From: a virus
Direction: 5' to 3' (one strand)
Length of the DNA stretch: 64,000 nt
Virus record (IMG/VR): IMGVR_UViG_3300047121_000347
Location: 37,831-101,830 of that record
Positions 54,806 to 64,000 of the stretch are shown piece after piece; the first letter of the stretch is position 1; every line of letters begins with the position of its first letter. The position numbers and the translations under genes were made by a program. Under the pieces are notes generated by a model. The model made no database searches. It worked only from the letters and a program-made list of their open reading frames with translations, and was not told the DNA's origin.

Positions 54806-55159
54806 TCAGTCTGGTTGGGTATTGACACGCTCCCTCCCGCGCCCCAGGTTGAACGGGTCGTTGAACATAGGCGGCGAGGTGTTCGGTCGTTTCTTCTTTG
54901 ACGGAATGGGCTTGGTGGCTTTGTAGTAGCCGAGCTTAACGACTTTGCTCGCTAGGGAGGTCTGCTCAAATTTGAAAGTTCGCTCCACTTCTCCCGCCAT
55001 CAGCAGCGGGCGCAGGTTGCCCGTAATGCACGCTGTGGTCACCTTGAACCGTTCGGCCAGCGCGGTCGTTGAGACCGGAGTGGTGCGATTCCTCAGGTAA
55101 TTGAGTAGCTGCCGTTGCCGATCATTGATCACCAGCGGAGGTAGTTCATGCTCGCTCAT
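54806..55159 (-). CDS. Winged-HTH DNA-binding protein
   Basis: RQ..LL.YL....PVS...LAERF.VT...I...L..L...G. Confidence 0.65.
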   Translation of the reverse strand: MSEHELPPLVINDRQRQLLNYLRNRTTPVSTTALAERFKVTTACITGNLRPLLMAGEVERTFKFEQTSLASKVVKLGYYKATKPIPSKKKRPNTSPPMFNDPFNLGRGRERVNTQPD

Positions 55160-55374
55160 GACTGGGTCTCCCCGGCGAGCTGCCACCGGCGATAGGTTTC
55201 ATGTTTACGCATCGTTTCCGGGCACTCCCGTGAGGGCGGCACCCAACCGTGACGACGCCACACGTCCTCAACGGGCAGGCACCAGTTGCCGGGTTTGATC
55301 TGCCTGTTGAACTCCGCAACCCAACCGGGTGGTTTCGGCTGATCGTCTTGGGCAGTGTTGATGATGTTATCCAT
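55156..55374 (-). CDS. Hypothetical protein
   Basis: WRRHGWVPPS motif; GGAGAACT RBS. Confidence 0.6.
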   Translation of the reverse strand: MDNIINTAQDDQPKPPGWVAEFNRQIKPGNWCLPVEDVWRRHGWVPPSRECPETMRKHETYRRWQLAGETQS

Positions 55375-57526
55375 TCTGCAGTTCTCCTTCTTCGGGGTTA
55401 AAAATACGTAATGAGCCGGGCTCGGTGGGGTAATGCTGCGCGATGAGCGCTTCATTCAGCCGCACGTAATGATTGGCGCGGCCCTGCGGTTTCTCAAGCT
55501 CGACCCGCTCCACCAACCCATCGGCTAGCAGGGAGTTCATCAACCGCTCGCGTCGTTCTTGAGAACACTTCAGACCGCCCTCGGCCGTGGTCAACCGCTC
55601 AAAATAGCTTCGTGCTCGGTTGGGGTTGGCACGGATGAGCTGAATCATTTGCTGCGTCAGGGTGGCCCACTGCGTGCGCTCGCGCTCCTCCTTGACTTGA
55701 TCCTTGAGGTCTATGCGCTCGCCGGGCTTGAGCGGCCGGGCGACGGCATGCGCAAACCACACATCACGCATATGCCCCAACACGTCGGCGTGGCGCTCAC
55801 GATTGCTGACCAGTTCAAAAGCCAGCTCCGGGTAGGCGGCCGGGAACCTGACCTTGAGCGCTTTTAACACTCGCGGAGCATTGACGTCTTCGCCATCTTT
55901 GAACACAGCGTAAACCCCCTGCGCATCCCCGGTCCAGGCCGACGCCCCGCGTGGGCTGAGGTAATCGGACTCCTGCGAGCCGAGAATCTTAGCCGTGTGG
56001 CTGACGATGAGTATAGGGAACGCCGCAAAGGCCTGCTTCACCTCGGCCATCGCCCGCCCCACCTCGGCGTTGTCGTTTTCATTCTCAAGGTCAAACACAG
56101 CGTTGGCGGTATCAAACACCACGAGCGGTAGCGCGGCATGCGCTGTGCCGTCAACACGGGCGTTGTCCACCGTCCAGGCTCGGTACTCGCTCGCAACCGC
56201 GCCCACCACTTTGGGTTGCAACCGGCGGGCGGGTATGACCCGCACCCGAGCTTCAAACTCGGCGCTGCTCGCTCCGGTGCAACCCCACGAGTACAGCGAG
56301 TAGACGGTGCGTTGAACCTGCTCAACGGATTCGGTAATGATGATGACATTACGCCGCACCGTGGGGCGGAGGGTGTAGTCCGCCGGGCACAAGTGCGCGG
56401 CCGCCAACGCCAACGGTATGACTAGGGTGGTCTTGCCGACGCCGGGGGCACCAGCCACCACGTTCACCCCCACGCTCATAAAGTCATCAAAGATGTACTC
56501 AAACATGGGCGGGCGTTCGGCCCCGGACTCTCGTGCCTCGCTCAGGGCGAACGGATGTTTACCCTCGGGGGTGGTGGGGCTGCCTGCGGACGGGGTATTA
56601 CCCGACCAACCGTTGTCGATGGCGAGGCGGAAAATGGACCGGTACGTAATGGAGTGTGGCTGCTCGATGTCGCGCTCCCACTTGCGGCGCTGCGCGGCGG
56701 CGTTGAACTTGTCGCTCTGAGCCGCCCACTCGGTCCAGATCTTGTAACCGTTCTCGCCATACGGACGTAGCGCCATTCCGACGTTGACCCACGTGGTGTA
56801 GTCATCAGCGTCGACGTGCTTGAGCGCGGAACGCAGGTCATCAAAGGTCTGCGCTGTGGCTACGGGCACCCCACCCCGCTCCACTAGGCTGTAGTTCACC
56901 GGGGAGTGCGCCCGGTCAAGAATCAAGTTGGGTAGGGGCGAGGGCTGCGCCGGAGCCGACCGCGACAACGGCGAACGACCCGCCGCCCAACGATACTCGC
57001 CGGAGGGTCCCAACGTGGGCGCGACGCAGATGTAACCGTGGTGCTTCAGGTCAAGCCCACGACCCAACGAGCCGGGGTAGCTGAGTTCGGGCGATGCCTG
57101 AAAGATGCGATGCTCGCCGCCGCCCTGGGTGACCGCCGTGAGGTCGGAGTGCAGGACGCCGTGCTCGGCCTCGAGCGTCGCAAGGCTCTCCGCACCGCCG
57201 TTTTGCGGATCAATGTCAAGGGCGAGCAACCCCGAGTCAGCTAGGCTAACCCCTATGCCCGCCTCCGGGTCGGTTGACCACCATTGGCGAATGCGCTCCT
57301 CATCAGTCGTCGCGTCTTGATGCCCATGCGGCACCAGTTGAGACTGAGGATGCTTGCCGGCTTTGTGGCCCTGCTCGCTGTTGGCGCGGCCGCATCGGCA
57401 CTGCCCATGGGCGTCCACCGACCACACCGGCAACACCGCCCACCCCAACCGAGCGTAAGCCAGTGCGTAGTCGAGCGTGGTGGGGGCGCGGTCCACGGCC
57501 CAGAGTTGTTTTTGTTTACTGACCAC
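55367..57526 (-). CDS. Primase-helicase: Prim-Pol + PriCT-2 + AAA (RecA-like)
   Basis: A.AYA..GW.VLP, GKHP, ATTD, LDIDP..GG, T.GGG.H; Y..W..VG.AL; GAPGVGKT; RGAS. Confidence 0.9.
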   Translation of the reverse strand: MVSKQKQLWAVDRAPTTLDYALAYARLGWAVLPVWSVDAHGQCRCGRANSEQGHKAGKHPQSQLVPHGHQDATTDEERIRQWWSTDPEAGIGVSLADSGLLALDIDPQNGGAESLATLEAEHGVLHSDLTAVTQGGGEHRIFQASPELSYPGSLGRGLDLKHHGYICVAPTLGPSGEYRWAAGRSPLSRSAPAQPSPLPNLILDRAHSPVNYSLVERGGVPVATAQTFDDLRSALKHVDADDYTTWVNVGMALRPYGENGYKIWTEWAAQSDKFNAAAQRRKWERDIEQPHSITYRSIFRLAIDNGWSGNTPSAGSPTTPEGKHPFALSEARESGAERPPMFEYIFDDFMSVGVNVVAGAPGVGKTTLVIPLALAAAHLCPADYTLRPTVRRNVIIITESVEQVQRTVYSLYSWGCTGASSAEFEARVRVIPARRLQPKVVGAVASEYRAWTVDNARVDGTAHAALPLVVFDTANAVFDLENENDNAEVGRAMAEVKQAFAAFPILIVSHTAKILGSQESDYLSPRGASAWTGDAQGVYAVFKDGEDVNAPRVLKALKVRFPAAYPELAFELVSNRERHADVLGHMRDVWFAHAVARPLKPGERIDLKDQVKEERERTQWATLTQQMIQLIRANPNRARSYFERLTTAEGGLKCSQERRERLMNSLLADGLVERVELEKPQGRANHYVRLNEALIAQHYPTEPGSLRIFNPEEGELQNG

Positions 57527-59054
57527 CGAACCTCTCCTCCAAAACATTCCAGTAGCGCCCCCGCTTGATTATACGCACCTCTTGTGGCTGGCGCGGCGCA
57601 TTACGCAACTGCCACAACACCGACCGAGCCGGCGCGGGCAGCCTAACGGCCAGCGCCCGCTGATTGAAGAACCTAACAGCACGCTGATCGGGTTGCGCCG
57701 AGTTGATGAACTGCGACGCCTGAAGGCGTGCGCCTTCGGGGGTCATGCAGTTGTAGTTGACGAGCAGGATTGGCGTGGCGGGGTCGCGGCGAGTGGTGAT
57801 AGCTACGCTGTTTACGGTATGCACCTGCGCAGTCAGCACAGCGCCGTCTTGGGCCTCCTGGCCCGTCATGGGGTCAATGGGTGATAACTTGATGAGCCCA
57901 GGGCGCATCTCCCGCTCGCGGCGCTCGGCCGGGTCGGCGCGGACCTGCTCAAGATGGCCAGCGTCATTCTTCTCCCGGTAATACGTCTCCATCATATCAA
58001 CCCCGCCCAGCCGGATGAGGTTGCCGACGTAGTCCAAGATGAGGCAGTTGCGTTTGCTTTCATGCAGTCGGGTACCTCGCCCTTGCATCTGCACCCACAA
58101 TGATGAGGACAGCGTGGGTCGCAGGCACACGATGCAGTCCAATGCCGGGTGATCGAACCCCGTGGTGAGCATATCCACCGAGCACAACACCCGAGTTTGC
58201 CCACTCGTGAACCGCCCCAACACCGCCTGACGTTGCTCCTCATCAAGAGCGCTGGTGAGCACCTCGGTCGTCCAGCCGGTCATGGCCTGAATGACGAGCG
58301 CAGCTCGCTTGGCGGCCACCACCGTCGGGCAGTACACCGCGACGTGCCGACGGCGCACAGCCAACTCACCCAGCGACCGGGCCACGCTGATGAGCCACTC
58401 CTCGGTCTCAAGGTTGGCCACTTCGGACTGCACGTAGTCGCTGTCGATCTTTACGCCACCCACGTCAAGCTGAACGGCGGTCTCAACCCCAACGAGGGGG
58501 CAGAGGTAGCCCTCCTGCACTGCGCGAGGCACATTGTAGGCGTACGCCAACCGATCAAACCAGAACTGCTCCCCCTCGCCGTAGATCACGCCGTTGTCCA
58601 TACGCCACGGGGTGGCGGTCATAGCGATGCGTTGGGCCTGGGGTTGCCCGCTCAGCAGCCGCTCATACTGAGTCGGCTCCCCGTGGTTATGCGGCACGCG
58701 GTGTGCTTCGTCAATGATGATGAGTGCCGGCGGGGGCATACGCCCCGTGGCACTGATGACGGTTTGAATGGTGCCGTAGATGATCGGCGCGTCGTAGTCG
58801 CGGCGCTTCAGCCCGGTGCAGACCACACCCGGCTCCGCGCCGGTATGCCGAGCGTAGGTGGCGGCATTCTGCCTCACCAACTGTTGAACGTGAGTGAGTA
58901 CCCACGTTCGGCCGGGCAGCCGCCGACGAGCCAACTCAGCTATGATGAGGGACTTTCCCGTCCCGGTGGCGAGCTGCAACGCCGGGTTGCCACCCGCGTC
59001 GAGCGCATTGAGTGCGGAGTCGACCGCCTCAAGTTGATAGGGTCTCAGATCCAT
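57516..59054 (-). CDS. SF2 (DExH) helicase, RadD/YejH-like, copy 2
   Basis: LRPYQ, TGTGKS, DEAH, TATP, LTTGFD.P, QM.GRG.R. Confidence 0.9.
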   Translation of the reverse strand: MDLRPYQLEAVDSALNALDAGGNPALQLATGTGKSLIIAELARRRLPGRTWVLTHVQQLVRQNAATYARHTGAEPGVVCTGLKRRDYDAPIIYGTIQTVISATGRMPPPALIIIDEAHRVPHNHGEPTQYERLLSGQPQAQRIAMTATPWRMDNGVIYGEGEQFWFDRLAYAYNVPRAVQEGYLCPLVGVETAVQLDVGGVKIDSDYVQSEVANLETEEWLISVARSLGELAVRRRHVAVYCPTVVAAKRAALVIQAMTGWTTEVLTSALDEEQRQAVLGRFTSGQTRVLCSVDMLTTGFDHPALDCIVCLRPTLSSSLWVQMQGRGTRLHESKRNCLILDYVGNLIRLGGVDMMETYYREKNDAGHLEQVRADPAERREREMRPGLIKLSPIDPMTGQEAQDGAVLTAQVHTVNSVAITTRRDPATPILLVNYNCMTPEGARLQASQFINSAQPDQRAVRFFNQRALAVRLPAPARSVLWQLRNAPRQPQEVRIIKRGRYWNVLEERFGGQ

Positions 59055-59093
59055 CGCAGTTATCGGTTATGGGGTTGAACAAAAGGGTTTTTC

Positions 59094-59122
59094 ATTATGC
59101 GCACTCCCGGCGGGAAAGGCAA
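59094..59122 (-). promoter_or_regulatory. Helicase promoter, copy 2 (TTGCCT-17-CATAAT)
   Basis: Homologous to 834-862. Confidence 0.65.
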
Positions 59123-59154
59123 ATTATAACCAACCAAAGCGAGTGGTTATATGT

Positions 59155-59185
59155 TCAATCCACGCGCCAAATAAGTTTTAATTCA
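59155..59185 (+). promoter_or_regulatory. Early-cassette promoter-like element (TTCAAT-17-TTTAAT)
   Basis: Repeat of 54763-54793. Confidence 0.65.
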
Positions 59186-59228
59186 CTTCAGCAACAACTT
59201 AATAACTTTTAACTCAGGAGAACTCAGC

Positions 59229-59615
59229 ATGAAACTAGGCACACAAACCGGAAGCCTCATCAATCACGTCCTCTCGGGCAGCACCACGGGCAAGCCCCCT
59301 TACGTGGGGATGCCCGCTACGCTGCTCGCTTGGTCGGACCGTTACCCCGCCACGGTGGTTGAGGTCAACAACTTGAAACGGTACATCGTGGTGCAGGAAG
59401 ACCACGCCCGACGCATTGACCGGAACGGTCTCAGCGAGCAGCAAGTCTACGAGTACACCCCCAACCCCAACGGTCATCGGCGCATCTTCCGTAAAATGAA
59501 GAACGGCCAGTGGGCCGAGCACTTCATCAACCCCGAGACGAAGCGCCTGGTAAAAGCCAGCAGCTGCGGGTTGTGGCTCGGGCACCGCGAGAAGTATGAA
59601 GATCCCTCGTTTTGA
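59229..59615 (+). CDS. Early hypothetical protein, copy 2 only
   Basis: TGSL.N, P.VGM.AT...WSDR...TV, G.R..Y.DPSF motifs; AGGAGAACT RBS. Confidence 0.8.
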   Translation: MKLGTQTGSLINHVLSGSTTGKPPYVGMPATLLAWSDRYPATVVEVNNLKRYIVVQEDHARRIDRNGLSEQQVYEYTPNPNGHRRIFRKMKNGQWAEHFINPETKRLVKASSCGLWLGHREKYEDPSF

Positions 59616-59631
59616 CAGCTGGAGCAAACAC

Positions 59632-59946
59632 ATGCAAAAGAAACGCAACATGCGCGGCGACCCCGGCGGCCCTGATGACGAGCCGGGCTGCTCACGGGAC
59701 CCCGCACACCCCCACGGTTTCGACCGCAACGCCAGCCACAACGCCGGACGTTACGTGTGCCTTTGCGAAGGGTTCCTGGACGCCACCGTGGACGACGGCT
59801 CGTTGGCGGTGGTGCGCGAACTGGCGCAACGCGACGACTACGTCATGGTGCACGCCACGGAGCTACAAGAGCTGCTCGCTCAGCTGGACGAGCTGCGCGA
59901 TCGGGTAACCGCACTCACGTATAAAGAGGAGAAACAAAGATGGTGA
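59632..59946 (+). CDS. Early hypothetical protein (homologue of 3651-3965)
   Basis: Near-identical protein. Confidence 0.8.
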   Translation: MQKKRNMRGDPGGPDDEPGCSRDPAHPHGFDRNASHNAGRYVCLCEGFLDATVDDGSLAVVRELAQRDDYVMVHATELQELLAQLDELRDRVTALTYKEEKQRW

Positions 59947-60194
59947 AGAACTACGTCGCGGGTCAATCCACGTGGCGACTACCCGCCGAGGACCCCCCGC
60001 CGTTGGGGGTGAAGATGCTCCTCCTGAACCGAGGGGGCGTGTGCGTCATAGGCACTTGGGGTGCGTGGGCGTTGGCTTGGGCACCGTTGCCGCTCATCCC
60101 CGAGCACATAAAAGCGGCGCTGCTCCCGGCGGGGTATGCCCGGCAGCTCGAACCCGTTGAAGATTGGAAACTACACGCAGGAGACGCCGCATGA
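59940..60194 (+). CDS. Early hypothetical protein (homologue of 3403-3657)
   Basis: Near-identical protein. Confidence 0.75.
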   Translation: MVKNYVAGQSTWRLPAEDPPPLGVKMLLLNRGGVCVIGTWGAWALAWAPLPLIPEHIKAALLPAGYARQLEPVEDWKLHAGDAA

Positions 60195-60610
60195 GCCGAG
60201 AGCTAATGAAGCTGGCGCTAGAAGAATTGCAAAACGCCCGCGATCATATTTACCTACTGCCCGAGAACGAGCAGCCTCTCACCGAAGAGCAGATTCTCAA
60301 CCGCATCAACGCGGCTATCACCCTTTTGCATCAAGAGGTGTACGGCGACGCTAATGACACATCCCAAAAATGCGCAGGGAAGCAAGAACCCGTAGCGTGG
60401 ATGCACACAACCGGAACCGGGCACGTGTACTTCCGCAAGAAGCCGCAAGACAAGGTGTTCAACCCGCAGCCTGTGTTCACCGCACCGCCAAAAGCTGCTG
60501 AATGGGTTGGGCTGACGCTAAATGAAGCAGAAGATTTCTACGAGAAATACCCTGACAGGGCGGAGCTCATTAACGCCATAGACAAGTTCCTTGAGGAGAA
60601 GAACGCATGA
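60191..60610 (+). CDS. Early modular hypothetical protein
   Basis: MSRELMKLALE, QEPVAW, TAPPKAAEWVGLT, L.EKN modules. Confidence 0.75.
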   Translation: MSRELMKLALEELQNARDHIYLLPENEQPLTEEQILNRINAAITLLHQEVYGDANDTSQKCAGKQEPVAWMHTTGTGHVYFRKKPQDKVFNPQPVFTAPPKAAEWVGLTLNEAEDFYEKYPDRAELINAIDKFLEEKNA

Positions 60611-60987
60611 GCGATTCATACGATGATTACGAGTCAAAAATGCAACTTGCAGAACACGCATGGGAGGTAAAAACTGAACACGACCGTGCGGTTGAGCTGG
60701 CGAAGGCCTACGAGCGCGGATGGAATGCAGCATTAGCGCAACAAGAGCCGGTGGCAGAGATTCAAGCCGAAGATATGGGGAAACCATTTAACGCAATACG
60801 GGTGACGGTTCATTTCTACGCAGAAGTGCCTGCTGTGGGTACGAAACTCTACAAAGCACCACCAAAGCGTGAATGGGTTGGGCTGACTGATGAAGAGGTT
60901 AATGAGCTGGTTGCTCGGTTTAAACGGTATGCCTATGTATTGCTCCGTGAAGTCGAAGCCAAACTCAAGGAGAAGAATCATGGATAG
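60607..60987 (+). CDS. Early modular hypothetical protein
   Basis: QEPVA, LY.APPKREWVGLTDEE, EAKLKEKNHG. Confidence 0.75.
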   Translation: MSDSYDDYESKMQLAEHAWEVKTEHDRAVELAKAYERGWNAALAQQEPVAEIQAEDMGKPFNAIRVTVHFYAEVPAVGTKLYKAPPKREWVGLTDEEVNELVARFKRYAYVLLREVEAKLKEKNHG

Positions 60988-61312
60988 AGAAGCTATGAAA
61001 CACACACCGGGGCCGTGGGTTGTTGATCCAGCAGTCCGTCAAGGCTTCACGGTCTACGCACCGAAAGAAGGATTCATCGTGGGAACGCAAGATGAAGAAG
61101 GACGCTACGGTGCAATTGAATCAGAAGCCAACGCTCGCCTGATCGCCGCCGCGCCTGATTTGTTGGAAGCGTTACAACAAGCCACGTCTGCTCTTGAGTG
61201 GCGCTGGGAAAGAGTCGCAAACTGCGCAGCACCAGTACACGAGACAGCCATTCAGGAAGCCTACAACCAAGCCCGCGCCGCCATCGCCAAGGCAACAGGA
61301 GAGAAATCATGA
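60980..61312 (+). CDS. Early modular hypothetical protein
   Basis: KHTPGPW, ANARLIAAAPDLLEAL, ARAAIAKATGEK. Confidence 0.8.
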   Translation: MDREAMKHTPGPWVVDPAVRQGFTVYAPKEGFIVGTQDEEGRYGAIESEANARLIAAAPDLLEALQQATSALEWRWERVANCAAPVHETAIQEAYNQARAAIAKATGEKS

Positions 61313-61659
61313 GCAGAGAAGCTATGCAGATGGCGCTTGAGGCGTTGGAGTTGTACCAAAGCAAAAGCAGCGTTCAAATGTTTGACGATGCCGTTAAAGC
61401 CCTGCGCCAAGCACTGGAGACAGAGCAAGAACCGGTGTGTTGGACTGTTGCCGATGGATGGGTTTATGCCAACGACACGAGCCAAATTGGTACTTCAAAG
61501 GAAGTTAATTGGCAGACCCTCTACACCGCACCACCAAAGGCTGCTGAATGGGTTGGGCTGACGGATGAGGACATGGAAGCACTTTTCTTGAATGAGGACG
61601 GTGTGAGGTTTGCCCGATACATCGAAGCCAAGCTGCGGGAGAAGAATCATGGACATTGA
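61309..61659 (+). CDS. Early modular hypothetical protein (mosaic homologue of 2395-2853)
   Basis: Same three modules, different middles. Confidence 0.8.
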   Translation: MSREAMQMALEALELYQSKSSVQMFDDAVKALRQALETEQEPVCWTVADGWVYANDTSQIGTSKEVNWQTLYTAPPKAAEWVGLTDEDMEALFLNEDGVRFARYIEAKLREKNHGH

Positions 61660-61924
61660 AAAGATTAGGGTACGGATTATGTCCGAAGCCTACGACCTCG
61701 CAGACCGAGGCGATTTTGAAGGTTACAACGCGGTCAAAGTGATGTGTGGTGATGTGTTGGAATCAATAGCTGCTGTCGTCGCTGCCGAGCGCGAGGCGTG
61801 TGCCAGATTATGCGACCAGATGTTTCATGACTGGTGCAATCAAGAATTTGAAGACGAGGACGAGGCTTACAGAAACAAACCTGATGCCGAGGATTGCAAG
61901 AAAGCTATACGAGAAAGGAGTTAA
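61649..61924 (+). CDS. Early modular hypothetical protein
   Basis: AAEREACA and AIR.RS modules. Confidence 0.7.
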   Translation: MDIEKIRVRIMSEAYDLADRGDFEGYNAVKVMCGDVLESIAAVVAAEREACARLCDQMFHDWCNQEFEDEDEAYRNKPDAEDCKKAIRERS

Positions 61925-61926
61925 AC

Positions 61927-62169
61927 ATGACAGGCAACATCAAACCGTTCATCAAGGCTACAACCCATGACAACTCTGAGGCCGTAACCATGCTGGAGCA
62001 GTGGTTGGAAGACGCCAAGTCTGGGGAGATCGTCACGGTGGCTATTGTCGGCAAACGCATAGGCGGCGAATGGCAGACAGGCATGAGCAGCAGTCAAAAT
62101 CGCCTTGAGGACGCCGCAATGCTCATCGAGTTGGGTATGCGTCGGCTTGGCTTTAACCCACAGAGGTAA
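61927..62169 (+). CDS. Early hypothetical protein (homologue of 1712-1954)
   Basis: Near-identical protein. Confidence 0.8.
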   Translation: MTGNIKPFIKATTHDNSEAVTMLEQWLEDAKSGEIVTVAIVGKRIGGEWQTGMSSSQNRLEDAAMLIELGMRRLGFNPQR

Positions 62170-62172
62170 CGT

Positions 62173-62310
62173 ATGCGAAAAAGTTTACATCTAACTACTG
62201 AATTCTTGCCGCGCAAGTGGCCCTGCTTCGCCGTGGGGTTCGTGAGTAGTGGCAGCGAATTTGTACTGCACCTGTATCTGGTGTGCTTCCGTATTCGATG
62301 GGGGTATTGA
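62173..62310 (+). CDS. 45-aa small protein (homologue of 1571-1708)
   Basis: Manual translation. Confidence 0.7.
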   Translation: MRKSLHLTTEFLPRKWPCFAVGFVSSGSEFVLHLYLVCFRIRWGY

Positions 62311-62311
62311 A

Positions 62312-62569
62312 ATGACCCAAGATGAAATCGTCAAGATGGCGCGAGAGGCTGGGCTTGTACGCACAGGAGACAAGTGGGTGGAGCCAGCGCGTTGGGGTGT
62401 AACTGAGCTTGTCCATTTCGCCGCCCTTGTCGCCGCAGCCGAGCGCGAGGCGTGTGCTGAATTGGCGGTGAAAGGGACGGACGAACCCGTGCAAACCAAG
62501 ACGCTTGAGATATTACGCAAAGAACGTGAGCGTATTGCCGCCGCCATACGAGCAAGGGGTGAGCAGTGA
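62312..62569 (+). CDS. Early modular hypothetical protein (mosaic homologue of 1336-1569)
   Basis: MTQDEI..MAREA, FAALVAAAEREACA, IRARG. Confidence 0.75.
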   Translation: MTQDEIVKMAREAGLVRTGDKWVEPARWGVTELVHFAALVAAAEREACAELAVKGTDEPVQTKTLEILRKERERIAAAIRARGEQ

Positions 62570-62796
62570 ACACCGCAGACTACGAACGTGCTTTGAGGGA
62601 CCTTGAGGACATCAAACGCACCCTAGCAGCGCTCCGCGCCAACGTGAACATGTTGATGTTTGCCGCTGCGGCGGCCGAGAACGAGCAGTGCGCCCGGCTG
62701 ATTGAACGCATGGGCACTGATGGCTACGGCACGTTGGCGATAGCCGCTGCGGTGCGGCAGCGTATGTTCGACGGCCCTGACCGTTCGGTGCACTAG
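62566..62796 (+). CDS. Early hypothetical protein (homologue of 893-1120)
   Basis: Near-identical protein. Confidence 0.8.
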   Translation: MNTADYERALRDLEDIKRTLAALRANVNMLMFAAAAAENEQCARLIERMGTDGYGTLAIAAAVRQRMFDGPDRSVH

Positions 62797-62848
62797 CTGT
62801 GACCGTCGGTTCGAGTGGCCTGGCCGTCGGTTCGAGGTTGAAAGTGAT

Positions 62849-63068
62849 TGATCGTTCGGGTAATCGTTCGAACGATCAAACCGAACGAACGATAGCGGAG
62901 GGGCGCAAACTGTGTTGCTCGATCGCCGGATGTGGGGGCAAACTACGTTGCCCCACACGGAGTCGATCAGAGCGAGGGGCGAACGGAGGGGTGCAAAAGT
63001 GGGTAATCGTTCGAACGTCTCCCTCTCTCGAAGAGAGAGGCGAACGATCAAACCGAACGATCACTTTT
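62849..63068. repeat. GATCGTTCG/CGAACGATC repeats plus hairpin (62917-62973), copy 2; reverse complement of about 5387-5661
   Basis: Reverse complement aligns to copy 1 (GCTCTGATCG..GTGTGGGG..CCCCCACA..GAGC..ATCGTTCGAACGAT; AAAAGTGATCGTTCG). Confidence 0.8.
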
Positions 63069-63091
63069 GGGTGTGGGTTTTGCAGGGGGGC

Positions 63092-63121
63092 TTGCCTTCT
63101 GCGGCGGGGTGAGGTTATAAT
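63092..63121 (+). promoter_or_regulatory. Promoter for TerS copy 2 (TTGCCT-18-TATAAT)
   Basis: Perfect -10; -35 region resembles the helicase promoter. Confidence 0.6.
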
Positions 63122-63152
63122 CTCGCGCATACCCCTGACGGTTGGAGCGTAG

Positions 63153-63740
63153 ATGAGCAAACCCCGAGCAACGAAGAGCGATGAACCCAGACGCGGTGTG
63201 GGTGCGCCTCGGCGTTACGATCGCGCCGCCGTGGCGGAGAAAGTTTGTGCGGAGTTGAAGCGTGGGCGTTCGTTGGAGTCGATTTGCGCGGCGGAGGATA
63301 TGCCGCACGTGGGGACTTTTCTTGAGTGGGTGGAGCGGGATTCCCCGGCCGGCATAGCGCAGGACTACGCGCATGCGCGCAAAATTGGCTACGCGCTGCT
63401 AGCGGAGGAGATCGTCGCCCTGGCGGACAAGACCCACGAGTGGGTGATGACGCAGGAGCTCGACCCGGACGGCCAGCCGATGTTTGAGGATGACGGCCGC
63501 CCCCGGTTGAGGAAGGTCCTCATGCCGTTGAGCGCGGACGTCATCGCGCACAAGCGGGTGCAGATTGACACGCGGAAGTGGATGCTGAGCAAGATGCTGC
63601 CCAAAGTGTACGGCGACCGCCTGACCACCGAGCACACCGGCGCTGAGGGCGGCCCGGTGCAGGTCGAGCTGAGCGTGTTTGATCAGATTCTGAACAATCT
63701 TGAACTGAAACGTCAGGCCGAAGACGGTGGGCGCGACTGA
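63153..63740 (+). CDS. terS: Terminase small subunit, copy 2 (Sf6 gp1-like)
   Basis: G.P..Y, G.SL..IC...MP...T...W, YA.AR, IDTRKW..SK..PK.YGD motifs. Confidence 0.8.
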   Translation: MSKPRATKSDEPRRGVGAPRRYDRAAVAEKVCAELKRGRSLESICAAEDMPHVGTFLEWVERDSPAGIAQDYAHARKIGYALLAEEIVALADKTHEWVMTQELDPDGQPMFEDDGRPRLRKVLMPLSADVIAHKRVQIDTRKWMLSKMLPKVYGDRLTTEHTGAEGGPVQVELSVFDQILNNLELKRQAEDGGRD

Positions 63741-64000
63741 CAGCGCAGCGCTGGCGGGGTTGCTGCAGGATGCGCAGCTACGCCAACAGTTCAGGCATCT
63801 CCCCCCGCAGCGGCAGGCGGCGTGGGCTTGGCGGGCGTTGTGGCTGAGCCAGGCTCACAGGCATCAGATACTCCCCGTGGGGGAGTGGTGGTCGATATGG
63901 TTAATGTTAGCCGGGCGGGGAGCAGGCAAGACCCGCACCGCAGCTGAGCAGGTCGGCTGGTGGGCTTGGAGCTACCCGAAGACCCGCTGGCTAGTCGCCG
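63727..64000 (+). CDS. terL: Terminase large subunit, copy 2, 5' part; runs off the window
   Basis: Manual translation VGATDSAA...WSIWLMLAGRGAGKTRTAAEQVGWWAWSYPKTRWLVA; homologous to the ORF from 6183. Confidence 0.9.
   Translation, partial: MGATDSAALAGLLQDAQLRQQFRHLPPQRQAAWAWRALWLSQAHRHQILPVGEWWSIWLMLAGRGAGKTRTAAEQVGWWAWSYPKTRWLVA

Noticed and set aside
58263-64000. Ordinary terminal redundancy or circular overlap
   Set aside because: The copies are only about 75-80% identical in core genes, differ in gene content and are partly inverted.
1-64000. Integrated prophage
   Set aside because: No integrase, repressor module, att sites or host genes anywhere in the window.

Overview
The window is entirely phage DNA, from a lytic podovirus-like Caudoviricetes phage. 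No integrase, RNA polymerase, tail sheath/tube or host genes were seen. One complete genome equivalent of about 57.5-58.3 kb is present. The + strand arm (5.7-42.2 kb) runs TerS/TerL, a 978-aa PcfJ+JAB protein, portal, GroES-like protein, scaffold, capsid, fibres, lysis genes, tail and ejection proteins. The - strand arm (42.2-59.1 kb) runs RuvC, an Acb2/Tad1-like protein, Cas4-like nuclease, SSB, Sak4, PolB, a 7-gene 5-hydroxymethyluracil synthesis/thymidine-hypermodification cluster, primase and helicase. The helicase / early cassette / repeat element / TerS / TerL region occurs twice (1-6.5 kb and 58.3-64 kb) in divergent form. Helicase and TerL copies are collinear and roughly 75-80% identical by eye. 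The early cassette is inverted between copies, the iteron+hairpin element is separately inverted, and TerS is swapped for a different family while keeping its C-terminal tail. This is either two related phages in tandem or an assembly chimera. Most notable candidates: (1) a hydrophobic-x-x-Gly-Gly motif recurring in predicted virion-internal proteins and flanking a JAB/MPN-like protease domain (possible processing or cargo-tagging system); (2) the hmU hypermodification cluster plus a second, unrelated PLP enzyme; (3) a plug-and-play early cassette built from shared junction modules; (4) tandem AAC(T) leaders at many ribosome binding sites. All functional calls come from recognising motifs by eye; no database searches were run.
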